A stretch of 64,000 nt of DNA from Eledone cirrhosa. Its lineage: Eukaryota. The notes below the pieces were generated by a model. It made no database searches, was not told the origin of the DNA, and saw only the letters and a program-made list of their open reading frames with translations. The stretch is taken from the NCBI GenBank assembly GCA_964016885.1, contig OZ024747.1:44516001-44580000 (forward strand), written 5' to 3'. This document shows, one piece after another, positions 1-12,802 of this stretch. The position numbers and the translations under genes were made by a program. Positions within the stretch are counted from its first letter, which is position 1. Every line of letters begins with the position of its first letter.

Positions 1-169
1 GAAGGGCAAACTCTACAACCCCAGGTAGGTGGTATATCTCAGCTGTACCTCTCAGACAAGATGGAGAAAGCATTGCCATGGAGAACAGCCAGCAACACCA
101 ACTGTATCCTTTTTTAAAGATTGTTTTCAGATCTGTGAGTGAGGTGTTTGTTTAAATAGTAGGTTTTAT

Positions 170-570
170 AATAGGTGAATAATATACTTTAACAAAGTCC
201 CTATTGACAGAAACCATCCTATTTTTAGAAAAGAGCTTTAAGAATGCAAACCATTTGTACTAAAGAGTTATAGCTTCATCATTTTTTTTATATTTAAATT
301 AAATTCCATCCTTATCACTAAAAAGCAAGTCTCTTTCTAGGCAAGATAGGAATTTGTTATTTTCCCATAACCTTGGAGATATTATTACAGAGATAGTATT
401 GGCATAGATCCATGGAGGAGGAAAATTGGCTGAATAACAACTGAATTGGAATAGTTTGGTGAATAATGCAGCAAGGTGAGCAGCAATAGTTGTCAGTACA
501 TTTCTGCTGGGTACATTATATGACTTGTTCAAAGTTTCAAGTGCAAACAGAGTCTTATGAGTCTCTTACT
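170..570 (-). pseudogene. Decayed non-LTR retrotransposon RT fragment (CR1/L2/Jockey-like)
   Basis: Minus-strand translation NVLTTIAAHLAALFTKLFQFSCYSANFPPPWIYAN...NNKFLSCLERDLLFSDKDG and WFAFLKLFSKNRMVSV resembles the LINE RT N-terminal motifs (VLK.CA..LA..L.KLF..S...G.FP..WK.A; L..LE...LLSD.Q.GF; W..SFL..R...V). Stops and deletions are present. Confidence 0.6.
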
Positions 571-1157
571 AAATAAAATGTGTGATGAAGGGTGACAATT
601 AATGTTAGAAAGTACAGTGAGGTGCAGAGAGAGATAGTATGTAAAAGAGAGAGAGAGAGAGCATGTAAGAGAGAATGAGAAAGAGAGGGAGGTGGATGTA
701 TTGGCTTTGGCAGCATTTGTAAATTATGGTTTACAGAAAGTGATTATTATTGGGAACAAAGTGCAATTTTCAGTCAATGCATTTAACACATGAATAGAAA
801 ACACTGATGCTGTTCTGATGTACTAAAGGGCTCCTGGATATTCTCCGGATAAATGTGTTGTATTTCAGGTGAGTGGCTACATACCTTGATCAAAACAGTA
901 TTTAGAAGATGTACAATCCCTGCCTCACAATGTAATAACAGATTTCTTCACTTTGGGTTTAACCTGTACTTGAGACAGATGTAACATACAAAATGGTGTT
1001 AATTATAAAATAAAATAATATGATATAAATTCATTTTATGCTACAAAACAAAAATATTGTTCAAAATAAAATCATTTGGCAAATAAAAGTTGTTCCAATA
1101 ACCATAAGGTTTCACCACATTTTATGTACTTCAGATATGTAAAAATGTTTGGCAAAG

Positions 1158-1310
1158 TATGTATATATACACATGCACACACACACATATATGTGTGTGT
1201 GTATGTATATATGTATGTATACATATGTGTGTATGTATATATATATATATGGGTCTGTGTTAGTCTGCATGTGTCTGTGTGTATATATAAATATATATAT
1301 ATATATATAT
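1158..1310. repeat. (TA)n/(CA)n/(TG)n compound microsatellite
   Basis: Read directly; it explains the spurious ORFs 1076..1318 and 1112..1345. Confidence 0.95.
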
Positions 1311-1315
1311 TTATT

Positions 1316-1415
1316 TAAGTTTAAGTAAAGAATTTCTGCTTTCACCCTTAATGGGATCTTCTCATCTTATCGAGCCCTCTTCGGATTGTAGTCTTTACAT
1401 TTATTATTATTACTA
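1316..1415. mobile_element. Short rearranged copy of the fold-back family at 59733-60987
   Basis: 1318-1362 matches 59846-59891 (AAGTTTAAG.AAAGAAT..CTGCTTTCACCCTTAA..GGATCTTCT). 1366-1415 is the reverse complement of 59733-59784. Confidence 0.75.
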
Positions 1416-1525
1416 TATATATATATATAAATGAAGTATTTCCATAAGAAAAGTAAAGGAAAAGAGAGTGCTCTATGTAGGCTACAGAGCTATTTAGTTA
1501 TGTAATAAACAACATAAGATAATTA

Positions 1526-1598
1526 TTTCATTTACCAAAGGTTTCACGAAGACAGACGAGCCTGACACAGACGTCTGACTTCGGTCGTCAGAATAAAA
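1526..1598 (-). ncRNA. Type I hammerhead ribozyme-like motif
   Basis: Minus strand reads UUUUAUU-CUGACGA-c[CGAAG u CAGACG..loop..CGUCUG u CUUCG]u-GAAA-CC uuu GG-UA-AAUGAAA. All three stems pair and the core is intact. Confidence 0.7.
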
Positions 1599-1624
1599 TG
1601 TGTGTGTGTGCGTGTGTGTGTGTC

Positions 1625-2465
1625 TAACAATCAGGATTTAAGATACAATTTCCAGTAAGAAAGCTATAGAATGCTGACAAAGACTAAGATCCTAGTAAGT
1701 AGAAGGGAAAACAGAGCCCTGATTCCCACAGAGATGGGATGGGCACTGTGTGCTGAGGACTTACTAAGATTGAAAAGAAATGAAGCTTGCATGCTTCGAT
1801 GGATGTGTAATAGTAATATACATGAACAGCCAAAGCATAAACGAACTGAGAGAGAAACTAGGCATAAGAGGACTCAGGTGCATTGGTATGGACATGTGAT
1901 GCATATGAAGGGTGACAGCTGTATAAAAAGATGCAGAGTGCTCAGAGTTGATGGAGGCTAAGAAGAAGGAAGAGCCCAAAAGATTTGGGATGAGGTGATA
2001 AAAGCTGACCTTGCTCAATTGCACCTCTCAAAGGCAATGACAAAGGACTGGGATCTCTGGAGTTATTCAGTAATACTGAAGACCCGCCTTCCCCTGAGAA
2101 TAGGCTAAAGCATACATATAGTATTCACCACCATCCCCCTCCCACACACCTCCCATGAGCACAGGCCGAAGCATACATCTGTTATGCACCACCTTCACCT
2201 TCATCCCTACTTCTACACACCTTCCACATCCTAACACCCAACAAGCACCCAGCCCATGCTATAAAGTGGTTGTATAGGTGTCACCATAAAAAGCACCCAG
2301 TACTCACTGTAAATGTGGTTGGCATTAGGAAGGGTATTCAGCCGTAGAAACCAGGCCAAAATCAGTTCTGTATGAGCAACAGATGTCATCTGACTTCGAC
2401 TTGCCACAAATACGACAACCTGTCTAACACATGCTATCATGGAAAAGGAATGTTAATGGTGATTA
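1625..2465 (+). mobile_element. Degenerate RTE LINE 3' fragment with 3' UTR
   Basis: WALCAEDLLRLKRNEACMLRWMCNSNI and WYGHVMHMKGDSCIKRCR match the C-terminus of ORF 53267..56452. The 3' UTR motif CACTGTAAATGTGGTTGGCATTAGGAAGGG is present. Confidence 0.9.
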
Positions 2466-2647
2466 TATATATATATATAAAAAGAGAGAGACAGCCTGCA
2501 GTCATGTGAATGAGGGGACCACTAATCATGGGAGTACTTGATGAATGGAGAGATGCATAGTGGATATGTAAAATCCCAACCATGGCGCCAAGCGGTTTCG
2601 GCTTGTGTGCTCAGCAAGCCGCTATTCCAAGGGTGTATATGCGTGTG

Positions 2648-2817
2648 TCATCATCATCATCACCATTTTACGTCCGTTCTTCCATGCTAGCATGGGTTAG
2701 ACGGTTGTCCTGTTGTGGGCAGTGTCTGGTCGGCTGACCATGCCTTGCTCATACAGGAACTGATTTTGGCTTTATTTCTACAGCTGGATGCCCTTCCTAA
2801 CACCAACCTCATTTACA

Positions 2818-2820
<3 letters not shown>
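2648..2820 (-). mobile_element. RTE 3' end fragment with (GAT)n tail
   Basis: (CAT)n followed by TTTACGTCCG..CCATGCTAGCATGGGTT and TTTCTACAGCTGGATGCCCTTCCTAACACCAAC, the reverse complement of the RTE 3' UTR. Confidence 0.8.
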
Positions 2821-2847
<27 letters not shown>

Positions 2848-2850
<3 letters not shown>

Positions 2851-2906
2851 TGAAAAAGTGGAGAATAACAGTACTGTTGACCATGTTATTCTCCACTTTT
2901 TCAATT
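2848..2906. repeat. Perfect 23-bp inverted repeat with a 13-nt loop
   Basis: AATTGAAAAAGTGGAGAATAACA / TGTTATTCTCCACTTTTTCAATT. Confidence 0.95.
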
Positions 2907-3080
2907 TTATTACTCCAAGATATACTTACATAGGAATACAAGTGAAATCATAAACTCATCATCTACGTAAACCTCTTGGTGAGTCAAACAACGCCGTACG
3001 CTAAAACTATCCATAATAAGAAGTATTCACAACCTCTAATCGGATTACCTATAATGATATCTTGTTATCCTCTCTCTCTC

Positions 3081-3129
<49 letters not shown>

Positions 3130-3302
3130 AAGCAAGCATTTTGTTTTGAAGACAGCAAGTGGAGTTTGAAATTTAGTAAGATATAGAAGCTTTTGCCATA
3201 TTTTTCTATTTAGAGGGTTTAAAACCTCACTATCAGGCTAATTTTTTAAAGTCAAAATATGGTGAAAGCTCCTATTTCTAACTAAATATATATATATATA
3301 TA

Positions 3303-3510
3303 TTGGAAAAATGGATGTTAAACGGTGATCATGATGATGATGATCATCATCATCATTTCATTTTACGTCTACTTTTCCCTGCTTGCAAGGGTGGGACAGG
3401 AACTGATTCTGGCTTGATTTCTACAGCTGGATGCCCTTCCTAACACCAAGCTCATTTACAGTGAGTGTTGGGTGCTTTTTTACCGTGGCACCTCCACGAC
3501 CACTTTGCAG
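3303..3510. mobile_element. Two RTE 3' ends joined tail-to-tail
   Basis: GGAAAAATGGATGTTAAA..(GAT)n abuts (CAT)n..TTTACGTCTAC...TTTCTACAGCTGGATGCCCTTCCTAACACC. Confidence 0.7.
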
Positions 3511-3514
3511 TGGA

Positions 3515-3665
3515 ATGATATGGACCCCAGTCCCTATCATCTCATTTCTACAGCTGAGTAAACTGGAGCAATGTGAAATAAAGTGTCTTGCTCAAGGAAA
3601 CAACACATCACCCAGTCTGAGAATTGCAAGGCCAATGCTCTAACCACTAAGCCATGTGCCTCCAT
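3515..3665 (-). mobile_element. tRNA-derived CORE-like SINE (family B)
   Basis: Reverse complement gives TGGCTTAGTGGTTAG (box A-like) and GTGTTGTTTCCTTGAGCAAGACACTT (CORE-like). Similar to 18070-18205, 39215-39375 and 46727-46900. Confidence 0.75.
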
Positions 3666-6245
3666 GATATATATATATATTATCAATCATCATCCTCAAC
3701 ATCAGTGTCTTTGCCTTGCTGGCATGGGTTGATTGGGAGTTTTTGAGGCAATGTTTTACAGCAAGATTACCTTATTAGCACTCATCTTTTTAGCCACTTC
3801 TTACAACATACAGGGATATGGTATACCTGTTATAAACTGAATGCACACATAATTAATATTATATTTTTATTTCATAAATTCCTACTTTCAGTAAATGTCT
3901 ACTCCAGTAAATGTGGGAATGTGGTTTCAGAGGTAATGATGGAAAGATTTTTTCCATAGCTGGAGATTGTATAATAACTAAAATTTATCAAAGCGATAAC
4001 AATAAAAGTCCCAATTACACAATGCTATATAAATTAGGACAATTATAAAGATTGCTGAAAATCCAAAATATGAAGCCTAGTATGATAAATGCCATGTTGC
4101 CATGGTTTCTTAAATAGAACACATTCTAATTATAAGAAACAAAAAGAAAAAAATTATCTAAAATATACAGAGATAACTGGATAGATATTTTAATTGTTCC
4201 ATTTTTTTTTGTCTGATTAAGAAATCAGGTTTCATCTATTAGGTGCCATTTTAGAAACTTTAAATGTTCTGGAATCTTGAGAAAACAAATGTGAATATCA
4301 GTGAATGATGAAAGTTGTTCTAATAAGTTTAACTTTTAAAAATGTCCTAAATATAAAATGAAAATGAGATAAAAGAGATTTTTTTTTTGTCATTCCTAAT
4401 TAAATAATGTCGTTTGTAAAAATGAAATAAGATTTAAATAAAAGAATTACAATAAGCAATTGTATTCAAAACTTTTTATATATTAGGATAGAGTTTGAAT
4501 ACAAATTATTGATATGTTATAATTTGTCTAGCAATATAAAACAATTAGTGGATTTAATTTAAAAGAAGTTTGGGGGGGAAAATTATACATATAATAAGAA
4601 ATAAAATATAAGTGTTTTAGTCAGACAAGTAGTTTATAATGATTGTCATAATTCTTAAATAAAAATTAAAAGGATAAGCAAAACACTTAAAAGTTATATT
4701 TCACTTAAATAACAGGAGAAAAACAAAAAACATATTTTCTTCAATCAGTGGTTATGGTTCGTTTATTTAATGTTCATTATTTATCGTTTGTGTAATAATT
4801 TACATCAATTTTAGTGCAGACAACGTTCATTTCATAACATATCTGAAGCTCAAAATAAATGACGATTAATTCAATGGTTATCTTTTATTGAATGCTATTA
4901 TCGTCTTCCCTGTTTTCAACTAATGTTCGTCTATTCCATTTAGAACAACACATTGAACTTCAAATCTAAACTTTACAAAGTAGATGTATTTTGGTGAAAG
5001 TCAAATGTTTTGCAAGGAACTGTAGACTCAAGTTATTGGCGAACGTTTATTCAAATATTCACAATAGTTACTTAGCCAAGATAATGATATACAGAGACAG
5101 ATAAAATATAAATACAATGATGACAGATAAAAAAGCAAATAAAACTAACAAGAAATCTTAGACCAAGAAGTAAAAAAGAAAAAATGAAATTAAAAAAAAT
5201 CAGAACCATAGAATTTTATAAAGAAAGTCTTCAATACAAAGAACTGTTCTTTTACAAAAAGAATTCCTCTTACATGATGCAAAACTTATGATAGCAGCTA
5301 GGATTATGATAACCAAATTGATAGGAACAGCACAAGATGAAAGGGTTTGAACATTTCATTCTGAATTCCTCCAAGAAGGTTGATATAAAATAATATGGTG
5401 GGGAAAATAGAAACTTGCAAGCAAAAACAATAACAAGTATAATATGCCTTGATATGTTTGATTGACTGCAAAGTAATGTGGGTAAATAATATTGTGACAA
5501 AAATTAATGACAGAATCAAATTCAGAAGATAGCAAGGATTAGCATGTAATTATCAATTTCTAGCATCTTCAGATGTTGAAATATACTTTTTATATAATAA
5601 TGGAAAGTGTTAATATATTTTATCTTATTGGAAGAAGAATTCTGTTTCAACATTTATATAACTTAGTAAAATTATCCAAGAAACTATGATGATTCCACCA
5701 ATTACCCCAAAAATTATTGGCTAGAAAATTTGCAATGGATTTGAAACAATTGACGAAAAGGCGGTTTAGAATCAAAAATAAAAGAAAGTATTTCTCTTCT
5801 TTTTTATGAAAATATAATTGCATAAATGAAGACTGATAAATGTGTTCTATATTTCATATATATTTTTTTACATTATCCTTATTATTTCGTGTATTGTTTT
5901 TAACATTATCATTATTATTGTGCAGTGAATTTAGCAAAGTTGTTAGAACATCAGATAAAATACTTTGCAGTATTTGTTCCAGCTTTCTGCGCTATCTGAG
6001 TTCAAGTCCTGCCAGGGTTAACTTTGTCTTTCATCCCTTTGAGATTGTACTAGCATGCAGTCAATTCTTCCTCAAGATCTCTTTCTCTCTTCTTTCTTAC
6101 TTCTTATCTCTTCTAGAAGAAATTGGTTATGTACTGATCTCTGGTAAAGAGATAAGCTTCACATGGTTCAAAGTGCCCAAGACACAGTGCCACCCTTACA
6201 ACTCCATCAAGAGTTGCAGGAACATAAGTATCATTATTAACCCGA

Positions 6246-6432
6246 TGGATTGGCAGTATCGGTAGAGGGTCGGACGCCATGCTTTGACACATAGAGTTAC
6301 GGCCCTTGCCATTCTGAGTTCAAATCCTGCCGAGGTTAACTTTGCCTTTCATCCTTACGGGGTCGATAAAATAAAGTACCAGTAATACACTGGGTAATTG
6401 CTGGCCTTGTGCCAAATGTAGAAACAATTATT
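6246..6432 (+). mobile_element. tRNA-derived SINE (family A, Deu/Nin-like core)
   Basis: Box A TGGCAGTATCGG, box B GAGTTCAAATCC, core GCCTTTCATCCTTACGGGGTCGATAAAATAAAGTACC and an (ATT) tail. More than 10 copies occur in the window. Confidence 0.9.
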
Positions 6433-6655
6433 AACCCTTTAGCATTTACATTACTCTACTATTATATTTTCGCAGTAAAGGTTTTATTTCACATAATATT
6501 GAATCTATGAGATTTTGATAATATTAATATTTATTTTGAGAAAAATAAGTAAATTCCTCAAAATACCTTAACATCAGTATGAGCGGCTGGTTACAGCTGG
6601 TTTGAACAGAAAGGGATGAGAGAATTCTGGCTGAATATGGCCGGTTTAAATGCTA
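6431..6655 (+). mobile_element. TTAA/CCCTTTAGCATTT MITE (piggyBac-like), right end cut by a SINE
   Basis: Same sequence as 50438-50668; the right TIR ends at AAATGCTA where SINE A begins. Confidence 0.8.
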
Positions 6656-6840
6656 TTGGCAGTATTGATAGAGGGGCGGACGCCATGCTTTGAAGCATAG
6701 AGTTATCGTCCTTGCCATTCTGAGTTCAAATCCCGCCGAGGTTAACTTTGCCTTTCATCCTTACGGGGTCGATAAAATAAAGTACCAGTAGTACGCTGGG
6801 ATAATTGCTGGCCTTGTGCCAAAAGTAGAAACAATTATTA
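6656..6840 (+). mobile_element. SINE family A
   Basis: Full head, core and tail as in 6246-6432. Confidence 0.9.
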
Positions 6841-7319
6841 TGTAAAACAAAAAAAAGAATACATAATTTAATTGGTGGTTATTAAAAAGTACTCAATAGA
6901 AAATAAGAGATTATATAAATTAAGGATAAAAATATTTCCTATATCCTATACGTCGTGACTATTTCCTATATCCCTGCATGTCATAATAAGTGACTAAAAG
7001 GGTTGGCATTAGGAAGAGCATCTGGTATAAAACATTGTCTCAAGCCATCCCATCCAAAACAATGCCAACATGGAAAAGTGGACTTTAAAACGATGATGAT
7101 GATGAAGGAACTGGTTAGATACAACAGAAAAGCAAGCAATGTAGTGAGATCTTATAAGCAGCATAGCAGAGAAAATATACAAAACATACACAACCTTAAC
7201 AAAAGTGAAGGGAGAAATAAATTTCCAATCAGAGCTGATAGTTAAATATTTTAGTTATAGGTTTCAACATAAACAGTGATGAACCTATCAAGTAAAAAAA
7301 AGGTTTAGTATTTCTGATT

Positions 7320-8562
7320 TAACCCTTCTGTCACTGCTTGTGATTTTTCAAATCATTTTGAAAATAATAAAAAAGCTGGGGGTCAGTGGATTTGTTTAGG
7401 TTAGTTGAAAGGGAGAAATAGAAGTATATATCATAAACCTTTACATTACTATATTTCTAATGAAATAAACCACCTATGATTTTCAATTAATTTTGTAAAT
7501 AATCAGTTTGTAGATTTGAAAAACTAAAATGTTTGAGATGAAGATGCAATTTCAGTATATATGTTGCCATTTTGGGAGAACTAAAGTGGTGAGAAGTATT
7601 AATCTTTCTGATATCAAACTGACTTAAACCACTCCTGGTTCTACAATAATCACCTTTAAAATCAATTCTAAGCAAACAACAGCAAGTTATACATGTGAAC
7701 TAAGGAATCAATGGGCATGTTTAATCCTTTCAACACCAAACCACCTGAAACTGCCTCTGGTTCTATAATACAAACATGTTTATTTTAAAGTATTTATATT
7801 TATCTAAAAACCTCTATCATGATTTTGTATAAGAACCTCAGTTAAGTTATGTTCCAAGCACCAGCTTAATAATGAGAAAGTTAGTTACATTACTAAATCT
7901 ATCCAAATTCGTGATTATTTAAAAAAATTATTGGAAAACCCTAGATAGTATTATTCATTAGAAATGCAGTAATAAAAGGATGAAGATACAGGGGAAATAT
8001 GTTCTGCTTTGAAGGAGATGAAAGTTCAAGCATATTAAATGTGTCAGACACTTCAACTGCTGTACTTTTAGGATCTGCACAAGTAGAGTGAAACAGCCAG
8101 AAGGAATTGTGAATCTCCAAATCTCTCAATAATACAATTTCAGTTAGTACAGGGTGTTTCAGAAAGTTTAACATTCAACAGATAGAACAGATCATTTTGA
8201 CAAGATTCAGAAGAGAAACTTTCACTTGAACTAACTGGAAGTCCCTGTTTTTGTTTTTGTTTATTTCTGTCGTTTTTTTTTTTGTTTTTTTTTTCGTTTT
8301 TTATCATGGTGAGTGAGAATATATCAAAGATTAACCACTCCTGGTTTTATGATACAAAATTCTCTGCTTTAAAGTGTCCAAATCTATCTAAAAACTTCCA
8401 TTATAATCTATGGAAGAACGTTTGTTATGTTCAAAATATCAGGTTCATAATATCAAAATTACTTTCATTACTAAATCCCTCAAAATTCTTGATTATTTTC
8501 AATATTATTTCAAATCATTGGGAATGCATTTTTATTAGAAATATAGTAATGAAAAGGTTAAG
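7320..8562. mobile_element. Cluster of old TTAACCCTTT-terminated MITE remnants
   Basis: Termini TTAACCCTTCTG (7320), AAACCTTTACATTACTATATTTC (7436), TTAATCCTTTCAAC (7721) and GTAATGAAAAGGTTAA (~8560). Related starts occur at 9746 and 12957. Confidence 0.5.
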
Positions 8563-11148
8563 GGAAATATGTAAGTTTAAAGTGCACCATTTAGGATGAA
8601 GCTGGTGTGGGGAGTATAACTGGGGTAGTGGTGATTGTTCAGGCTAGCTAATATGGAAAAGGATGTGTTGTGAATAATAGTATTGAGTTTATTTATAACA
8701 AAGTAAAGCTAAGAAGAATTTAAGTTAAAAGATTTGAATTCTTAATGAAAGGAATTAAAATAGAATTTCTAATAAATGAATATTATATATTATATAAATT
8801 CAATGATAAAATGTTTTATTTCTTTTGTTTTTTAGTGTTTTGTAAAATATTAAGTATTTAAAAACTTATATATATATATTTTACATTTTACAAAACACTA
8901 AAAAATAAAACATTTTATCATATATATATATATTCATTGATATTGATATTTATATGGGGTATGACATAAATATATTAAAAGTTAAGTTCAAAATGTTTTC
9001 CTTCATCTTTTTCAGAGTCCTCTGGGAATCAATTCATTAGTAATAAAGTCTCAGAATTAATATATCAAAAATTTACTCTATAGATAACAATAACTAACTT
9101 GAAAGAGATAGAAGATTTAATGTTTTAAGATTTTGAACATTTTAAAACAACCTAATATTTTATTCTGATTAAATATGTCAGAATATTATATTGTGTCATT
9201 TAAAATGGAAAAATCCCCAAACTATCTATGAAGGGAAAAAATTAAGATAAGTCCTATATACCTTTAGATATATATATTTAGATATTAAATGAATAATGAA
9301 TAGGTTTTTAAAAATTTAATCTAGACAATACGTCAATAAAATTATATTTGTATATCTATGTTTTCAAGGTGGATTATGCAAAGATAAAAACAGATTTTAA
9401 CCTAAAAGATTTCACAAAATAAAATGAAACTGAATTCTGACATCCTTATTTAATTATTAGTAATTCTATGATTTATTAACACCTACAAACTTATACTAAT
9501 CTTAACAACATTAAATTTCATCTATCATTTGTAATAAGACATAAAATTGTAAGAGATGGAGAAAAAGATAAAACATGAGAGGGAGAGAATATAAGAAAGC
9601 AAGACCTAGTAAGTCTGTGTGTGTGTGCACAGATGCATAAGATATGCCAGCACTTAGAAATAAATGTTCTTTGATTAATATAATTTATAAAAATCCTTTG
9701 AAATACTTCTCTCTCAAATATTATGAAACTCTGCATGAAATCCAGTTAACCCTTTTGATACCATATTTCTAATGAAATGCACCGCTTATGCTTTTCAATT
9801 AATTTTGTAAATAAAATCAACAATTTGAAAAAATTTAGTGAAATAACTAACCATTTTATTAAGCTGGTGTTTAGTACATAGCTGGACATAAATATTCTTC
9901 TATAATGTTATTTTTTTATATAAATATAAATACTTTAAAAGCAATGGAGCAGCTTTGGGCAGGGTAGTGTAAAAGATTTCAAACAATCTTGCTTTCAATC
10001 ATTTTTCATAATAAAATAGCTGGGGGGGGGGGGGGGGGGCAAAACACACACACACAAGGCGATTTTCATTTCATGCTTATTATTAGTTAGGTAATTAATC
10101 CCTTCCTTGGTTAGTTTAGACCCAGAAAGCCAAAAGGAAATAAATAGAACAAGATTAGAACAAAGAGGAGCTACAAAGGAGCAAGAATAGTCATTGAGAA
10201 GGACACAGATTGTGTGACGAAAGAGGATTGACAATTGAATATAACAACTAAATAACCATCTGATTACTAAACTGAGGAATGGATTAGTTACCTAATTGAA
10301 ATAAAACTGATGTGAAACTCAACTGGAGAATGTGTTTTTTCAACTGGAGAATGTGTTTTTTATATTGGCAATATGGCCCTCCCAAAGTATAAAAATGTCC
10401 ATTTCAACACATAATTTCCCATCAAGAATCTTGCAAAACAATAACAAAAAGAAAAAAAAACTAAGTGATATATTTCAAATAGCATTTTTTATTCTATTCA
10501 TCATCTATTATATAAATTCCAGTTGAGAGAGGTTGTGCAATGTGGAAAACAGAAGTAAAATTCTTCAACTATTACCAAAGCATGTCATGGGTTAGTGTTC
10601 AGGAATAAATACACCATAGAAAAATGGGAATATATACAAAGATTTACAAGAATTATATATGTCAACTGTTGAAAATAAATTCTTTATTACATGTATTTAC
10701 ACTAGTGAATTTTCCTAATTAGAAAATTTTAGGACTTTTGGAGAATTGTAAAATGTTCTTAGAAGCTGGAAATTAATTAATAATTAAGATAATTTTCAAT
10801 AATTAATAACATTTTTCATAATTACTAATTAATATAAACAATCCATTAGCTCGCACTCATATATCAACTAACTACTACACATCTACAGTAATATATATAT
10901 ATATAGCAGGTAGAAATATGCGCACATCCCAAGACAGGTGTTCATATATTACACACACACACACACACATCTGATATGGACCTCCGTCAGTATGAGTGGC
11001 TGGTTACAGCCAGTTTGAACAGAAAGAGGTGAGAGAATTCTGGCTGGATACGGCCGGTTTAAATTGTAAAGGGTTAAATGGTTGTACAGATGAAATTAAT
11101 AAAATAGCTTTCCATTAGCTAGCTGTTATTTAGGCCATTATTTTACGT

Positions 11149-11325
11149 GAATTGGCAGTATCGAGTGGGATATGTTTTCCAGCATAGTTACGTCCCTTTA
11201 CGATCTGAGTTCAATTCCCACTGAGGTTAACTTTGCCTTTCATTCTTACGGGGTTGATAAAATAAAGTACCAGTAATGTACTGGATTAATTGCTGGCCTT
11301 GTGCCAAAAAGTAGAAACAATTATT
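11149..11325 (+). mobile_element. SINE family A (internally deleted head)
   Basis: GAATTGGCAGTATCG..GAGTTCAATTCC..GCCTTTCATTCTTACGGGGTTGATAAAATAAAGTACC. Confidence 0.85.
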
Positions 11326-12029
11326 TTACAAAGTTTTCTAAAATAAAATTATGATGGTTTCAATGATTAGACTCAGGCCATACTGAGGCAACACCTTGAT
11401 TTGATTTGTCAATTACTTTCCTTTCTGTGGAAATGAAATTAAAATTACCAAAGAGTATATTTTTGATCAGAACATCTAATTTCAACATATAAAACAATAG
11501 TTTTAAGGTTTTCAACTATGAAATATCTGATAGTGTCAATAGATATTTAATGGGAATTTTATTTTGCTGAAATGAAAATTAAATTGTCCTTGCTACTGTT
11601 GTTTTTTTATTTATTGTAATTAATGAATGTAAATATGTATGTTTGTGTGTATGGGGGAGGGGGAGGGTTGATGTAGCCAGTCAAGTCTAGCCTGATGGCA
11701 GATGACAATGTTAATTAATTGGAAAGAAATAATATATATGAAAACCTTCAAAACCCAAACTGTCCTCTTCACTTTATTTTTCATTACACTTTCTCAGCAA
11801 AACATAAAACAAAATACAATGGTTTATGTAGTGGAATGGACCTCTAATTGTCTTCGTCAATGAGTGTTCCAGCTGTTAGATCTACAGTACACATGCTCAT
11901 GAAATTAATGTATTAAGGGGATGAGCATTCCACAGATATGCCTACCCTTGATGTAATTCTTGGACAGTGAATGACAGTGTTGAGCTTTTGAATTATCGGT
12001 ACAGTTCATCCAAAAGGGTTCAAAACAAC

Positions 12030-12585
12030 TTCTGTCTACCCAAATTCACTCACATGGCATAGCTCCCTACCCCAATATATGGTAAATGATACTTGCTAAA
12101 GATGCCATGTGACAGGATTGAACCAAGGATATATTAGTTACAAAGTGAACCTCTTAACCATTTGGCCATGCTACATCCACAGTAAAAAAAATAACTTGTA
12201 AGAAACAATTATTTTTTTTTTCTTTTCATACTGATTCTTTTACTTTTCTTTTATTGGATTCAGTAATGATCTATGGTCATACTGGAGCATTGTCAGGGAT
12301 TTTAGTCAATTATATTGACCTCACTTCCTAGTACTTTGTATCAATTTGTATTTTTAAATTATGGGATATAAGGGGGTGGAAACATAATCAATACCAGATT
12401 TTACACCTCACACAAACATCTATAAAATACTAAGATACATTAGAGATTCTGTTGACCAAATTACATTTGCAGGGTGTTGGTAAAGCCAAGACTATAGTAG
12501 AAAACACTTACCCCAGGTAACATGCAGTGAAAGTGAATCTAAAACAACATGAGAGCAAAACAAACATCATAACCACACAGCCATG
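12030..12585 (-). mobile_element. Two old CORE-like SINE (family C) copies
   Basis: Reverse complements give TGGCC/CTG..TGGTTA.. heads, CACTGCA..ACCT.GGG.AAGTGT and GTGAGTGAATTTGGGTAGACAGAA, as at 46090 and 48640. Confidence 0.6.
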
Positions 12586-12589
12586 CATG

Positions 12590-12802
12590 TGAAGCCAATG
12601 GCTGGCTATATAAGATAGTTTTGTGCCAGAATTCTCTCACCTCTTTCTGTTCAAACCAGCTGCTCATATGTTAAGGTATTGTTCTCAAAATGAATAATAT
12701 GAAAATCTCATAGATTCGATATTATGTGAGATAATTATCTGAAATAAAGTGTTTACTGTGAAAATACAATAGTAAATATAGAGCAATATAAATGCTAAAG
12801 GT
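12590..12802 (-). mobile_element. TTAA MITE family copy (reverse orientation)
   Basis: GCCAGAATTCTCTCACCTCTTTCTGTTCAAAC...AAATGCTAAAGG is the reverse complement of 50438-50668. Confidence 0.75.

Noticed and set aside
774-888. Plus-strand exon candidate (TTTTCAG ... CAG|GTGAGT)
   Set aside because: Stops occur in all three frames and there is no other support.
6246-6340. tRNA gene
   Set aside because: The A/B boxes belong to multi-copy SINE heads and there is no cloverleaf.
10022-10039. Poly-G runs (also 15802, 18403, 30554)
   Set aside because: These are simple homopolymers of unreliable length with no evidence of function.
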